Positions 1 through 16,129 of a stretch of DNA of 64,000 bases are shown here, piece by piece (positions within the stretch are counted from its first letter, which is position 1; the number at the start of each line of letters is the position of its first letter). Source of the DNA: the human T2T-CHM13v2.0 reference genome, Homo sapiens; NCBI RefSeq assembly GCF_009914755.1, contig NC_060935.1; one strand, written 5' to 3'. A program made the position numbers and the translations under genes. The notes under the pieces are model-generated. The model made no database searches. It was not told the origin of the DNA and worked only from the letters and a program-made list of their open reading frames with translations.

Positions 1-127
1 GCTGCAAAAGCTGCAATTGATTTTCCTAGTGGGTGAAGAATAGTGATTAAAGCCCTGACCTTAGACAATGTAGCTATCTCCATCAAAACTCCTCATCCAT
101 CCGTTATAAGTTTGCATGAAATGATTT

Positions 128-285
128 TAAACTCATAGAGCTGGGACCTTAGACATCAATTATTCCAGTGCAATTCCTCCACTTTCCAGACTAGAGAAAA
201 GAGGCATAGGTGTCAGCCACAGAGCCACAACTGGAGTCTGGATTTATCTACCTATCAGTGTGGTGTTTTTTCCTCTAGACACTGC
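128..285 (-). mobile_element. MIR-family SINE fragment
   Basis: agagctgggaccttagacatc...ccactttccaga...gaggc resembles the MIR core. Confidence 0.55.
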
Positions 286-382
286 CTTTTGTACTTGCTT
301 TCCTTTAATTTTTGAGGTAGAACATATGGATTGTCTGAACTTCCAGCACTAATTTTAGAGTGTGAGGGTGGTGAGAACTAAC

Positions 383-572
383 CTGACCAGGAGAGCAGCA
401 GAAGGCTTAGAGCTGCCTAAGTGCACTAGTGCCCGGGAGAAGCACTCCAGAAAACAGGAGGAAGAGTCAGAAGGGAAAGTCAGAAGTGAGGAAGAGTCAG
501 AAGGGAAATAGGCAAAGATAATCTTTGCCTATTTCAAACTACTGCTGCGGATGGGGAGGGCGTAGTACTGCC
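383..572 (-). pseudogene. Candidate pseudo-exon (190 nt, phase 1 to 2): QYYALPIRSSSLK*AKIIFAYFPSDSSSLLTFPSDSSSCFLECFSRALVHLGSSKPSAALLV
   Basis: Acceptor tttcttcctttttcctcag, donor CAG|gttagt, one stop in 62 codons. Confidence 0.55.
458..535. repeat. 21-bp direct repeat (period 30) abutting a perfect 31-bp palindrome
   Basis: gaggaagagtcagaagggaaa at 458-478 and 488-508; gaaataggcaaagat-a-atctttgcctatttc at 505-535. Confidence 0.95.
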
Positions 573-780
573 CTGAGGAAAAAGGAAGAAACTTTCTTTC
601 AAGAGCTTAGCCTAGAAGTGGCCATCTAGTCTAAAGCTAGTCTTTCTAGCCTGAGTGCTTTTGGTACTAGGATCAGCTAAAAGAGTTTTCAATTGAATTT
701 CATGTATTGTCAATTCTGAAAAACAGTTTAGAATTTACTGCATGTTCTATTGCAATGACTACTGAAATAATGGATTATAA

Positions 781-1070
781 GGCTGGGCACGGTGGTTCAC
801 ACCTGTAATCCCAGCACTTTAGGAGGCAGAGGCGGGTGGATCACCTGAGCTCAGGAGTTCAAGACCAGCCTGGGCAACATGGTGAAACCCTGTCTTTACA
901 AAAAATACAAAAACTAGCTGGGCACAGTGGCCTGTGCATGTAGTCCCAGCTACTCAGGAGGCTGAGGCAGGAGAATCGCTTGAACCTGGGAGGCACAGGT
1001 TGCAGTGAACTCAGATGGTGCCATTGCACTCCAGCCTGGGCAACGGAGTGAGACCTGTCTTTTAAAAAAA
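781..1070 (+). mobile_element. AluS
   Basis: Full dimer, A tail, TSD ggattataa. Confidence 0.95.
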
Positions 1071-1199
1071 GGATTATAAGATAAATCTCAGCAGTAAAAA
1101 GTCATTCTCATATGGCTCACATTCTGTGACCCAGTTAAAAATAAAAAAGTAAAAGATAGGCTCAAGCTTCCTATATTATGCTAAAAATAATATTTTAAC

Positions 1200-1952
<753 letters not shown>

Positions 1953-2615
1953 TCAACAGGGCTCAACTAGATGAACGGTGAGATTTTATCCAATCCTTTG
2001 ATTCTTGAGAATTAGAAGGGTCCCAAGTACACTAAAAGGGAAACTCCAATGGAGGAGAGAGAGGAAAAAGAAAGATCACTAGTAGACTGAGGACTCTGAG
2101 ATACGTCTGGTAGTCAATATGGTCCCCATTTCTAAGGCATGGTTAGACCCTGAAAACATCATAAAAAGCAAATATCTAGAATTTATATTAAACAGCAAGA
2201 TCCCTGATGATATCATCAGATATAACATATGAGGAAAAAGCAGCTTGGTTCTGCAAGGAAGACTCAGGACTTCCTATTTTTATGGTGAGGGGAGGATGAG
2301 TGGGGAGAGCTCTTTAAACTATTCTGCTAATACTAGCTCTGTAGAGTACTGATAGCTGTTACTTGGGGGGAATTGGGGAAATGCTGGGTAAACAAAATTA
2401 AACAAGGTTTTCCTTTTCTTCTTTTTTTTTTTTTTAAAAAAAAAAAAACAGGATTTGGCAGGATTTTAAACTGTGACTCCATGAAGGGAATTCGGTATAC
2501 AGCATTTGTAAACCCAGTTTCACTGAGTATTTTAAAAGAAAGCAGTTGTAGAATATATTTTGGAAAATGATGATTTAAGATCATCAAAAATCCTATGAAA
2601 GAATTCCAACCAAAA

Positions 2616-3113
2616 TGTTAGATACGAGTTCTAAATTTCATTTTAAAGAATCAATATGTCAGTATGTTCAATTCTTTGCCTTCTACTTTTAAACTTAACT
2701 TCCTCATAAAGCAACCTTTTTCGATTACTGCTCCACCCTGACTCATTCCAGTTACCAGCTCCGCCCTGACTCATTCCAATTATGTGATACCTGCTCCGCC
2801 CTGACTCATTCTCCACCCTGCATAACCATTTTTCCCACCAAACCACTCACCCTGTCACTCTCTTTAAATTAGCCAATCGGAATTAGTTTAGCCTGTGCGG
2901 TCTAACCCTAGCCAATAGGGGAAGGACGCAGCAGCAGGGGCCACGTGCGTCAGGGATAAGAACCCCTTCCCTTCCCTTGTCCAAGTGTGAGCTCACCATT
3001 GCTCCATCTGTAAGGGTGCACCCTTCTATAGAAGTAACTTGCCTTGCTGAGAAAAAGACAATTTTATATTTGAGTGCTATTTCTTTTGCGGCACTGAAAC
3101 TTTATTTATAACA
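2616..3113 (+). mobile_element. Solo LTR10 (LTR10A/F-like, ERV1)
   Basis: TGTTAGATAC...TTTATAACA termini, 4-bp TSD aaaa, internal TGACTCA-containing repeats typical of LTR10. Confidence 0.85.
2739..2808 (+). promoter_or_regulatory. Three tandem AP-1 motifs (TGACTCA) in LTR10
   Basis: TGACTCA at 2739-2745, 2767-2773 and 2802-2808; CCAAT boxes near 2873 and 2912; CACGTG at 2942-2947. Confidence 0.7.
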
Positions 3114-3132
3114 AAAAGATCATTTAAAAAAA

Positions 3133-3423
3133 TTTTTTTTAAATGTTCTTAGACAGGATCCTGCTCTGTTGCCTAGGCTGTGCAGTGGCACAATCATAGT
3201 TTACTGCAGCCCTGAACTCCTGGGCTCAAGCGATCCTCCTGCCTCAGCCTTCCAAGTAGTTGGGACTACAGGCACGCATCACCGCACCCAGCTAATTTTT
3301 AATTTTTTTTTTGTAGAGGCAGGGTTTCACTATGTTGTCCAAGCTGGTCTTGGACTCCTGCTTCCTTCTGCCTCCACCTCTCAAAATGCTGGGATTACAG
3401 GCATAAGCCATGACACCCAGCCC
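3133..3423 (-). mobile_element. AluJ
   Basis: Reverse dimer, TSD aaaagatcattt. Confidence 0.92.
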
Positions 3424-3755
3424 AAAAGATCATTTTAAAATTTACTTATGGATTTTTATTTCTTGACTTATGGTTGTTTTCATAATCTGAAAGGCAATTT
3501 TTCTAAAAATAATTTTAAATGATAGATAAAATATTTTAAAATCTTTAATACAATGCAATAAATTGGCAAGAAAGCAAGGAATATGCAGACCAAAATATAA
3601 GTAGAAACTTGGAAAGATAAACAGAGCACTGAAGCTAAATTTTAACTTAGGAACTGGTGGTGAGCAAATTTTAGTATTAGTTGTGAACTCAAGAGACTCA
3701 AGGGATAGGACAAAAAGACTAGCACTTGCTAAAGGGAGGAAGTCCATTAGAAGAA

Positions 3756-4993
3756 TATAAACCAAAAATGAAATCCTGAGCCCTACAACCAAATGAATAG
3801 ACCCCTGGCCAAAGGGATCCCAGCGAAACCTGAAAAACTGAATTCCTGGCCATAACAGGAAGGGAGGTCGGACACGCCCCATTACGCCCTCTCCCTTTTG
3901 GTGTTTAGGTAAAATTACAGATCTGACAAAACAGACTCTTTGTGGCAATAAGATACCAGATTATAAACACGACCTAAGGCCATGCAAGGCAGGGGTTAAG
4001 TCATACCCTATAAACCATAAAATCTCATTAAATGGGTTTTTTTTAAATTTTTATATTTTGAGACAGGGTCTCACTCTGGAGGCTGGAGTGCTGTGGTGCA
4101 GTGTGCGCTCACTGCAGCTGCGACCTCCTGGGCTCAGGTGATCCTCCCACCTCAGCCTCCTGAATAGCTGGGAATACAGGCATGTGCTACCACGCCCAGG
4201 TAATTTTTGTATTTTTTGTAGAGATGGGGTTTCACCTTACTGGCCAGGATGGAATCAAACTCCTGAACTCAAGTGATCCTCCCACATTTGGCCTCCCAAA
4301 GTGCTGGGATCATAGGCATGAAAACAGGTTTTTAAAATTATCCCAGCATAAAGCAGCTTCCTTTCCAACCTGATTCTGATACAGCATCACATGATAGATA
4401 GAAGACCCTGAAGGAAATCAAAATATTTTTCTTTGACATATTGTGAAATGGCCCTGCAAAGTCATCTGTTGTGGGAGAAATCTGCATCTGTAAAGAATCT
4501 CCATTAATGCAGCCAGGCCTTCCCTTTCTAGGACTTTCTCAGCTGTGGGAGAGATTAGTTGGGAGTCTGACACTTTTATGGTCTAAAAAGAGACATGTAC
4601 CATCTATTCTCTCTGAGGGCTACTACCTATGAGGCTTCATCTACATAATAAGGGCTTTGACCTCCACAACTCCCTTATCTTGACTCAAGCATTTCTTTCT
4701 ACTCTACTGACATCAAGTATTTATACAAAGCTTAACTCTTTCAATCAGTAGCCAATCAGAAAATCTTTGAATCCACCTATGACCTGTAAGCCACCACCCC
4801 ACAAGATATCCCACCTCTTTAGGACGAACCAAGGTACACCTTCCATGTATTGATTTATGATTTTACCTACAATTTCTGTCTCCCTAGAATATATAAAATT
4901 AAACTGCAACCCAACTACCGGGCTGTGGTCACTCCTAGTGGCTCAGAATAAGCCTCTTTAAAATATTTTACAGATTTGATTTTTCAATTAACA
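3756..4993 (+). mobile_element. Solo MER4-family LTR (ERV1), interrupted by an Alu
   Basis: T(A)TAAACCAAAAAT...TTAACA termini, TSD agaa. Confidence 0.8.
4037..4321 (-). mobile_element. AluJ inside MER4 LTR
   Basis: Reverse Alu dimer. Confidence 0.9.
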
Positions 4994-5431
4994 AGAATGA
5001 CAATAATCCTGGGATCTCTAAAGCCATCTATGACACCAGATAGAAAGTCTGAGATGTAAGAAGATAACTGAGCCAAAAAAGAGATAAATATGTAGGTAAA
5101 TCTAAACACACATTGACTGTATAAAACAATGACAATACTGTCTTTTGATAGCAAAGAAAGTTAAGATACAACTAAACTATACAACCATGGTAGCATAGAC
5201 TTTCTAAGGGAGTGGATTGGAGTTAGATTTTGATAGATTTTGATAAATTAAGTAAGCCTTTAAGAATTTCTGTATTATCATGAAAGAAACAGAAATAGAG
5301 TGGGTTGCAACTTCCAAACTAGTGGAGGAAAAAATGGAATAATAGGAAAATAAAAAAAAAAAACAACAAACCTGAACCCAAGGGAAAACAAAAAAGAAGT
5401 GGAAAAAGAAACTCAGAAAAGGGAAACAATT

Positions 5432-6497
<1,066 letters not shown>

Positions 6498-7134
6498 AAT
6501 ACAAATACAATAGCACAAATGGACCAAATGTTCTGGTTAAAAAAACAAAGATTGACACTGAATCTAAAAACAGAATCTAAATATTTGTTGCTTATAAACA
6601 ACATATATATATATAAAACTTAAGGATACACGAAATTTAAAGGATGAAAAAATATGTACCAGGCAAATACCAAAAGAAGTTGGGGTAGCTATATTAATAA
6701 TCAGAATATAAAATACTCTTTAAGGCAAAATGCATTACTAGGGATAAAATGAAGCACTACATAATAATAAATAGCTCAATCTACCAGAAAGCTATAACAA
6801 TTTAAATGTATATAAACCTAATAACTTAGCCTCAAAGTATACAAAGCAAAAACTGACAGATGTAAAAGGAAAAACAGATAAATTTACAATCATGCTAAAA
6901 TATTTTAATATACCTCTCTCAGTAACTGATAGTTCAAGCAGGTAGAAAAATCAGTCATCATATTGAAGATTAAAAGAAATACTGTAAACGTTAGAGCTAA
7001 TAGATATGTATAGAACACTGTATACAAAAACTTGCTTGCTCTAATGGACACTGCACTTTCTAACACTGTACCCAGAACTGTTCACATGGATTTAAAAAAA
7101 TTGACCTCATACTGGTCCATAAAATAAGTATCAG

Positions 7135-7437
7135 GGCTGGGTATGGTGGCTCACACCTATAATCACAGAACTTTGGGAGGCCGAGGTGAGAGGATTGCTT
7201 GAGCTCAGGAGTTCAAGACCAGCCTGAGTGATAGTAAGAGCTCATCTCTACAAATTATTAAAAATTAGTTGGGTGTGGTGTCATGTGCCTGTACTCCCAG
7301 ATACTTGGGAGGCAGAGATGGGAGAATCACTTGAGCCGAGCAGGTGGAGGCTACAGTGAGCCATGATTGTATCACGTGGCCTTCCAGCCTGGGTGACAAA
7401 GCAAGACCCTGTCTCAAGAACAAAACAAAACAAAAAA
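7135..7437 (+). mobile_element. AluJ
   Basis: Dimer with (caaaa)n tail. Confidence 0.92.
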
Positions 7438-8307
7438 CTATCAGTAAATTTCAAAATGTTTTGAATCATATAGACAGAGTTGTCAGCTCACAATGCAATT
7501 AAGTTAGAAATCATTAATGCATGTAAAATACTTAAAATTGTACCTGGTACATAGAAAGTACTCAATAAATGTTATTATCACTGAGGCTAGGAAATGCTTA
7601 GCATATCACACTCTATTGTGATTATCTATTTACTTGTATGTCTCTTCACTAGATTATAAGCAATTTAATGGCATTTTTATTAAGAAGCAGTTATCAATAT
7701 TTATGGCAAGTTGTTGAATGAGTGATATGCCTTTTTGAATGTCATACAAAGCTGAAAGAACAGTAGAACAAATGATCTTACTAGGTCTTGGATTTCCAGA
7801 ATTAACATTGAGCGTAATCAGGATTTTCCTTTGAATAACGATTTTCATTTACTCAACAAATATTTATTGAGTATCTACTATGTGCCAGGCATGCTGTAGC
7901 TAATGAACTCAGGAATCTCTTTATCCCAGGAGGAAATAGGGATGACAAATAAGAACACATTTTAAAGGGATGAGATAAATTCATGGCTGAATAAGATACA
8001 TCCTTAAATTAGAGGACAATGATGTTCTTTTATGATGTCTCTGTGGGGACCTTTGTTGGAGCCCAGTTACTGGTTAGATAGATTTTTAAGTCAGAACAAG
8101 TAATCTTTTGTTTTAAATTCAAGAACATGAGTTTTACATATAAAAAGAGTGACTGTTAAAACTCAGTAGCAGCTCTCCCTCAGTCAAACCTCTGGAAATG
8201 AATGTGTGTGAGAAAGGAGAGGGAGAAAAGAAATATGAGTCAATGAGAACTTCCTTCAAAGAGAATATTAAAATCAACTAAAATATTACTTTGAAGGCAG
8301 TCATTAC

Positions 8308-8410
8308 CTTGGAGTCGTGTTTAGGTTTTTATTTTAAAATACAGTCAGGCCATGTAGGAAAACACCGCACCTTTTTCCTATGTGGTATCTCTGCAAGGTC
8401 TCCATCCTCT
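8308..8410 (-). pseudogene. Candidate pseudo-exon (103 nt): EDGDLAEIPHRKKVRCFPTWPDCILK*KPKHDSK
   Basis: Acceptor ...aatccatag, donor AAG|gtaatg; phase-2 entry matches the preceding exon across a 76-nt intron. Confidence 0.5.
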
Positions 8411-8486
8411 CTATGGATTATATATAATAATCCCAGAATGCAGCAAAAAGTATGAATCATCTTTTTCTTCCTGACTTATTCCTCAC

Positions 8487-8743
8487 CCCCTTAGGACACT
8501 GCTATGCACAAGAATGTCATCTGTGTCCTAGCACATCTGAATTTCTTTAACAGAAATGCCTTGCATGTTTCTGAAGACTGTCATGAGGCCCAAGGCAATA
8601 AAGTTCAACAGACTTGAGCTGTAATCTTCTCCCAAGGAAATGGTTGGGATGCCAAGATGCCTTTTGACTTTGATTTCACAGCAGGGCTTCATTTGTAATG
8701 ACACTGTCCAAACTTTAAATGACAACAGCTGTGATATGAAGCC
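8487..8743 (-). pseudogene. Candidate pseudo-exon (257 nt): GFISQLLSFKVW...EDYSSSLLNFIALGLMTVFRNMQGISVKEIQMC*DTDDILVHSSVLR
   Basis: 85 codons with one stop, donor GG|gtgagg; acceptor weak (gtgtgtag). Confidence 0.45.
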
Positions 8744-9317
8744 CTACACACTCATTTATAATAATTTTCCACAAATTAAAAAAATTAAACAATGGGGAAT
8801 TTCAATCCATGACCAATTAGCAGGGAACAGGCAATCATAAAACATTTAGACTAGTGGGCACTATTTATTATCTTACAAAATGTTTACTCATTGTAGTGCA
8901 TGTCTCAAACCTGTGTGCTGCTCAAATGCTGATTGCAAAATATAAATAAAAAATTCTTTGCAAATCACGTTAGAGACATTCTAAGTTAATTAGGTTGAAA
9001 GAGGGAAAAAATTTACAACAATAAGTCTACAACTATTGACACAGCAACCGCATTCCAGAATTGTGTGGTTATCTGTTGGGGAATCAGTCCATAAATACAC
9101 AATCTGAAGTCCCCTGTGCTTTGGCCAAATAATAGCATTGTAGTAATAAACATACCAGACATTTTATAAACTTGCAAGGTCTTGAATACTGATACATGTT
9201 TTATTCTGAACTTTGCTTTGTAATTTACCTTTAATTTTCCTGCTACAATTGAAGAGTGAGCCCTGCAATCTTAATTTCCCATTATCCTCAATTACTTCGT
9301 ACTTTTAACCTAGATAC

Positions 9318-9366
9318 CTTTGAACTGTTGTTGCCAACATTCCAGTTTGATAAAACTCTGGCATCT
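9318..9366 (-). pseudogene. Candidate pseudo-exon (49 nt)
   Basis: Acceptor ...acattttttag, donor AAG|gtatct; all three frames open, phase-2 frame reads DARVLSNWNVGNNSSK. Confidence 0.45.
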
Positions 9367-10159
9367 CTAAAAAATGTTATATTTAAACATTAAAGAAAAA
9401 ACTAGATTGAAAGGAACAATGTGTTACAGAACTGACTTTCCTTTAGAGTTTAGATTAGACACAGCTCAGAAAAAAGTTTTTTTGAATTGCCCAAAACACT
9501 GAAAACATTTGCATCTTCTACATAAGGACAAAAATTAAAAACACAAATTCCTCTCTGTATCACATTACTCTCCTATTCAAAAATTCAGCTATTTTCTGAC
9601 CATTATAGAATAATGACCAAACTCTTCTGCCAGGCTTATTAGCCCTTCTCGGTACGGATCCACCTCTCTACCCACCCGACCATATGGGCCCCTGCCACAA
9701 GCTGCTGCTTTAGTCAACCTATTTTATTTATCACCTTCTATTCCACATCATACTTACTCCTACCATATCTAATACGGTTGAGGAAGCCCATCCATGCTTT
9801 GGTTTGTCATTTACATGCTTTCTCCTTGGTATTTTCATATGCATGCCCCCATATTTCTCCCTTCTTTCCAAGTACAATGTTAAGCAAAAAATAGGCAAAA
9901 GGATTTTTTTATTACAGTTTCAGCTTCAAGTTATATTTTAACATTAAATAAACCTACAAAACCATAAAGGATGTACCACAGTTTTGAATACCACTGTTAT
10001 TTATATGCACAATGACTCCCATTGCAATAGAAGGTGAATGCTAGGCTTGACAAATAATATCAAGCTTTATTTTAAGTTATTTGAGTGAATGGACCAAGTC
10101 ACTTTTAACTTTATATGCCTGGAAACTAGAACACTGCACCTGGCATATGGTAATAATTA

Positions 10160-10420
10160 GTTAGCACTTATTAAGTGTTTACTAAGTATCACACATATTT
10201 GAAGTATGAATTTACAGATATTATTTCATTTAATCTTCACAACATCTCGATTAGATAGGTACTGTAATTATGTCCTTTTTGTTGATAATGAAACTGAGCC
10301 TCTCAGAGGTTAAATTATTTGCTTGCGATTATATAGCCACAAATGGCAGAGCCAGAATTTGAACCTGGGTAGTCTTACTCCAGTATTTGTGCTTGAAACC
10401 TCAACGTTCTCTTGCCTCTC
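10160..10420 (-). mobile_element. MIR
   Basis: tcatttaatcttcacaac...gaaactgag...ggcagagccagaatttgaacc. Confidence 0.85.
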
Positions 10421-10734
10421 AAGTAAGATACTGAACTGAATATAAAAATGGAGTCTGTGGAAACATAATTCATGAAAAAGAAACCTTCTAGTGAATTATA
10501 AATAATATCCTCAAGAGAGTTTGAAACTATACATCTATGAAAAAGCAATTAAAAACATAATTGTTACAATTAAAATGCAATGGAAGGGCTTGAAGAAAAT
10601 TTTTTCTTATGTGTTCATTTTATCTCTATATTTAGGAATTTAAAAACATTACAAAATATAGAGGATGAAGTTAAAGCTTGTAAAATATACCTAACAGGAG
10701 TACTGGAAATTGTGAATAGAGAAGGCAGATGGGG

Positions 10735-11028
10735 GGCTTGGTGCGGTGGCTCACGCCTGTAATCCCAGCACTTTGGGAGGCCGAGGCGGGTAGATCACGA
10801 GGTCAGGAGATCGAGACCATCCTGGCTAACACGGTGAAACCCCGTCTCTACTAAAAATGCAAAAAAAATTAGCCAGGCGTGGTGGCGGGCGCCTGTAGTC
10901 CCAGCTACTCAGGAGGCTGAGGCAGGAGAATGGCGTGAACCCGGGAGGCGGAGCTTGCAGTGAGCCGAGATCACGCTACTGCACTCCAGCCTAGGCGACA
11001 GAGCGAGACTCCGTCTCAAAAAAAAAAA
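10735..11028 (+). mobile_element. AluY (no TSD)
   Basis: CpG-rich Y consensus; flanks unrelated to each other. Confidence 0.95.
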
Positions 11029-11078
11029 GTCTTATCTTTATTTAAATTTTTGGCCCAAATGCCATCTGTTCATAATCG

Positions 11079-11435
<357 letters not shown>

Positions 11436-11640
11436 TAGTCATAAGGCCTTTTGAGTGCAATGATTGTGTTATACATAATAGATGTTCAGTGAATATTACT
11501 AAACAAAAGAAAGATTACTCTAAAAATGAAAAGAAAGCTATTTTACAAATACAGCTAAAAGAGAAAATAAAGTATTAGTATAGTGATTCCTTTTTATGAA
11601 ATCACTTCTCAAATGTGCAGTTTTATTCTAAGGAACTCAC

Positions 11641-11736
11641 TTTAGCCTAACCACTTATTTTGGAGGGTTTTTGTTTTCTATTCTGTTGGTTTTGTATTTA
11701 CCCCCATACTTTCTCTCTTTTTTTTTTCCTTTTGAC
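11641..11736 (-). pseudogene. Candidate pseudo-exon (96 nt)
   Basis: Acceptor ttttttttaccttccttctaag, donor AAA|gtgagt, length divisible by 3; reads SKGKKKERKYGGKYKTNRIENKNPPK*VVRL (or VKRKKKREKVWG* in phase 0). Confidence 0.5.
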
Positions 11737-11788
11737 CTTAGAAGGAAGGTAAAAAAAACCTGACTTACAATATAAGATACCCTGAGGC

Positions 11789-12122
<334 letters not shown>

Positions 12123-13164
12123 TTAGTGAGAAGTTAAGTTGTAAACATCTGTAGTCTGTGGGTTTATTTTCAGAAGTTAACCTACTGAAACCTAACCTTC
12201 TATAGCTCAGAGTCTTCAATAACTATTGGAATAGTATCTAGGCCTAGGACTTCCCATCAAAAAATATTGCCATTCCTGACATGCCATTCCTGGCATGGCA
12301 GATCAAAGAAGAAATGATATATATTTTAATATATGATGCTGAGGCTGTTGGGCAGAAATATGGAAAAATAAAATAAAATTGGACTCTTACTTCAAACTAC
12401 ATGCAAAATCAGTTCCACGTGGGTGAAGGTTAGATGGTAACATAAAAAAATGTGTTCATGACTTCAGGTTAGGGGAACATTTCTTATGATACAAAAAAGC
12501 ACAGTCACCGAGAAAAAGACTAATAAATTCAACTATAGTCACGTGGCCTTATAATGATGTTTTGGTCAATGATGGACTGCATATATGATGGTGGTCACAT
12601 ATGACTATAATGGAGCTGAAAAATTCTTATTGCCTAGTGACATTTTAGCCATTGTAACATCCAAGAGATCACAGTGTAACACATTACTCAGACATTTGGG
12701 CTGATGTTGGTGTAAACAAACCTACTGTGCTGCCAGTCTCATAAAAATATAGCACATACAATTTGTACAGTACATAATACTGAATGATAATAAATGAGTA
12801 TGTTACTGGCTTATGTATTTACTACACTATACTTTTAATCATTATTTTAGAGTACACTTCTACTTATTAAAAAAAATAGCTAATGGTAAAATAGCCCAAG
12901 GCAAGTCCTTCAGTAGGTATTCTAGAAGGCACTGTTATCACAGGAGATGACAGCTCCATGTGTGTTACTGCCCCTGAAGAACTTCCAGTGAGACAAGATG
13001 TGGTGGTGGAAGACAGTGATATGGATGATCCTGACCCTGTGTAGGTCTAGGCTAATGTGTGGATTTGTGTCTTCATTTTTAATGAACAAGTTTAAAAAGT
13101 AAAAAAAAAAAAACTTTTTTTTACTTTTTTCTACTTTTCTATTAAAAATAGAAAACACAGCTGG

Positions 13165-13796
<632 letters not shown>

Positions 13797-14317
13797 TTGA
13801 AAACACTTATAAAGATATAATGAAAGAAAATATTTTTGTATGGCTATACAATACCGTGGCTTTTAAGCTAAGTGTTATTACAAAAGAGTCAAATAGTTTA
13901 AAAAATTAAAAATTTTGTAAAGCAAAAAAGTTATAGCAAGCTAAGTTTAATGTATTTTTGAAGAAATTAAAAAAATAAATTCAGTGTAGTCTAAATGTAA
14001 AGTGTTTATAAAGTCTACAGTAGCATACAGTGATGTCCTAGACCTTCACATTCACTCACCACTCACTGACTCACCCAGAACAACTTTCAGTCCTGCAAGC
14101 TCCATTCACGGTAATTGTCCTATACAGGTGTACCATTCTTAATCTTTTATACTGTATTTTTGCTTTACCATTTCTATGTGTAGATATGTTTAGATATACA
14201 AATACTTACCATTGTGTTACAACTGCCTACAGTATTCAGTATAGTAATGTGCTGTACAGATTTGTAACCTTGGAGCGATAGGCTATACCATATAACCTAG
14301 GCGTGGAATACGCTAAC

Positions 14318-15097
<780 letters not shown>

Positions 15098-15402
15098 GTA
15101 CCATCTACAGTACACTCCTACTTATTTTAAAAAATTAGTTTGCCTAAGTAGACAACAACAAAATTGTCAAGCTACACATTTCTCAGCATGTATCCCCACT
15201 GTCAATTTAAAAATTTATAAAATGGCATCATGAAGAGTCAAATGACAAGTCACTGCATATTGCATACAAGAAGACATTTGTAAAACATATAACTGTTATC
15301 CAGACTATATAAAGAATTACTATAAAACATTAAGAACAAAAGAGGTAACTCAGAAAAAGTTGGGTAAAAATGTAAACAGGTACTTCAAAAAAGAGAAAAC
15401 CG

Positions 15403-15688
15403 TGCTGGGTGTGGTGGTTCACACCCGTAACCCCATTTTGGGAGGCTGACAGGGGTTGATGGCTTGAGCCCAGGAGTTCAAGACCAGCCTGGGCAACATG
15501 GTGAAACCCTGTTTCTATGAAAAATACAAAAATTACCTCGGTGTGGTGGCATGTGCCTGTAGTCTCAGCTATTCAGGAGGTTGAGGTGGGAGGACCATTT
15601 GAGTGGAGGTTGCAGTGGGCTGAGATCGCGCCACTGCACTCCAGCCTGGGCGACAGGGCGAGACTCTGTCTCAAACAAACAAACAAAA
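15403..15688 (+). mobile_element. AluJ within L1ME 3' fragment
   Basis: Diverged dimer. Confidence 0.88.
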
Positions 15689-16037
15689 TGAGAAAACTAG
15701 AATGTCCAAGAGACATGAAAAATTGCTCAACTTCAGTAGTAAATGCAAATTATAATCACAAAGAGATAGCATTACACAGCCACCAGATTGGGAAAAATTA
15801 AAAAGGCTGACAAGTGTTGATAAGGATGTGAAACAATAATGGAGTTTCTTGTGGGAATGAGACTAGTATAATTACTTAGAAAAAAACATTTGACCTCATT
15901 TAATAAAGTTGAACATATGCATATCCTATGACCTAGCAATTCCATTCCTAGGTATATATTCTAACACTTATATACAAGTGTACTAGAATTGCATGGCAAT
16001 GATGTTTTTTAACAGAGTTGTTTAAAATAGCTGAGAT

Positions 16038-16080
16038 TAAAAAAATAAAATAAAATAAAATAAAATAAAATAAAATAAAA
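16038..16080 (+). repeat. (TAAAA)n microsatellite flanked by a 14-bp TSD
   Basis: aaaatagctgagat at 16024-16037 and 16077-16090. Confidence 0.9.
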
Positions 16081-16129
16081 TAGCTGAGATGTGGAAAAAA
16101 CCAAAATGTCCACATGAATAAAATGTAGG

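Noticed and set aside
11737-11768. gtaagt...ag mini-intron on minus (similar cases near 24068-24103 and 63731-63767)
   Set aside because: 32-37 nt is too short for a human spliceosomal intron, so one site of each pair is probably coincidental.
12268-12300. Small tandem or inverted micro-repeats (also near 13690-13725, 23285-23314, 32903-32929, 46342-46372, 49165-49198)
   Set aside because: Ordinary slippage-scale duplications with no evidence of function.
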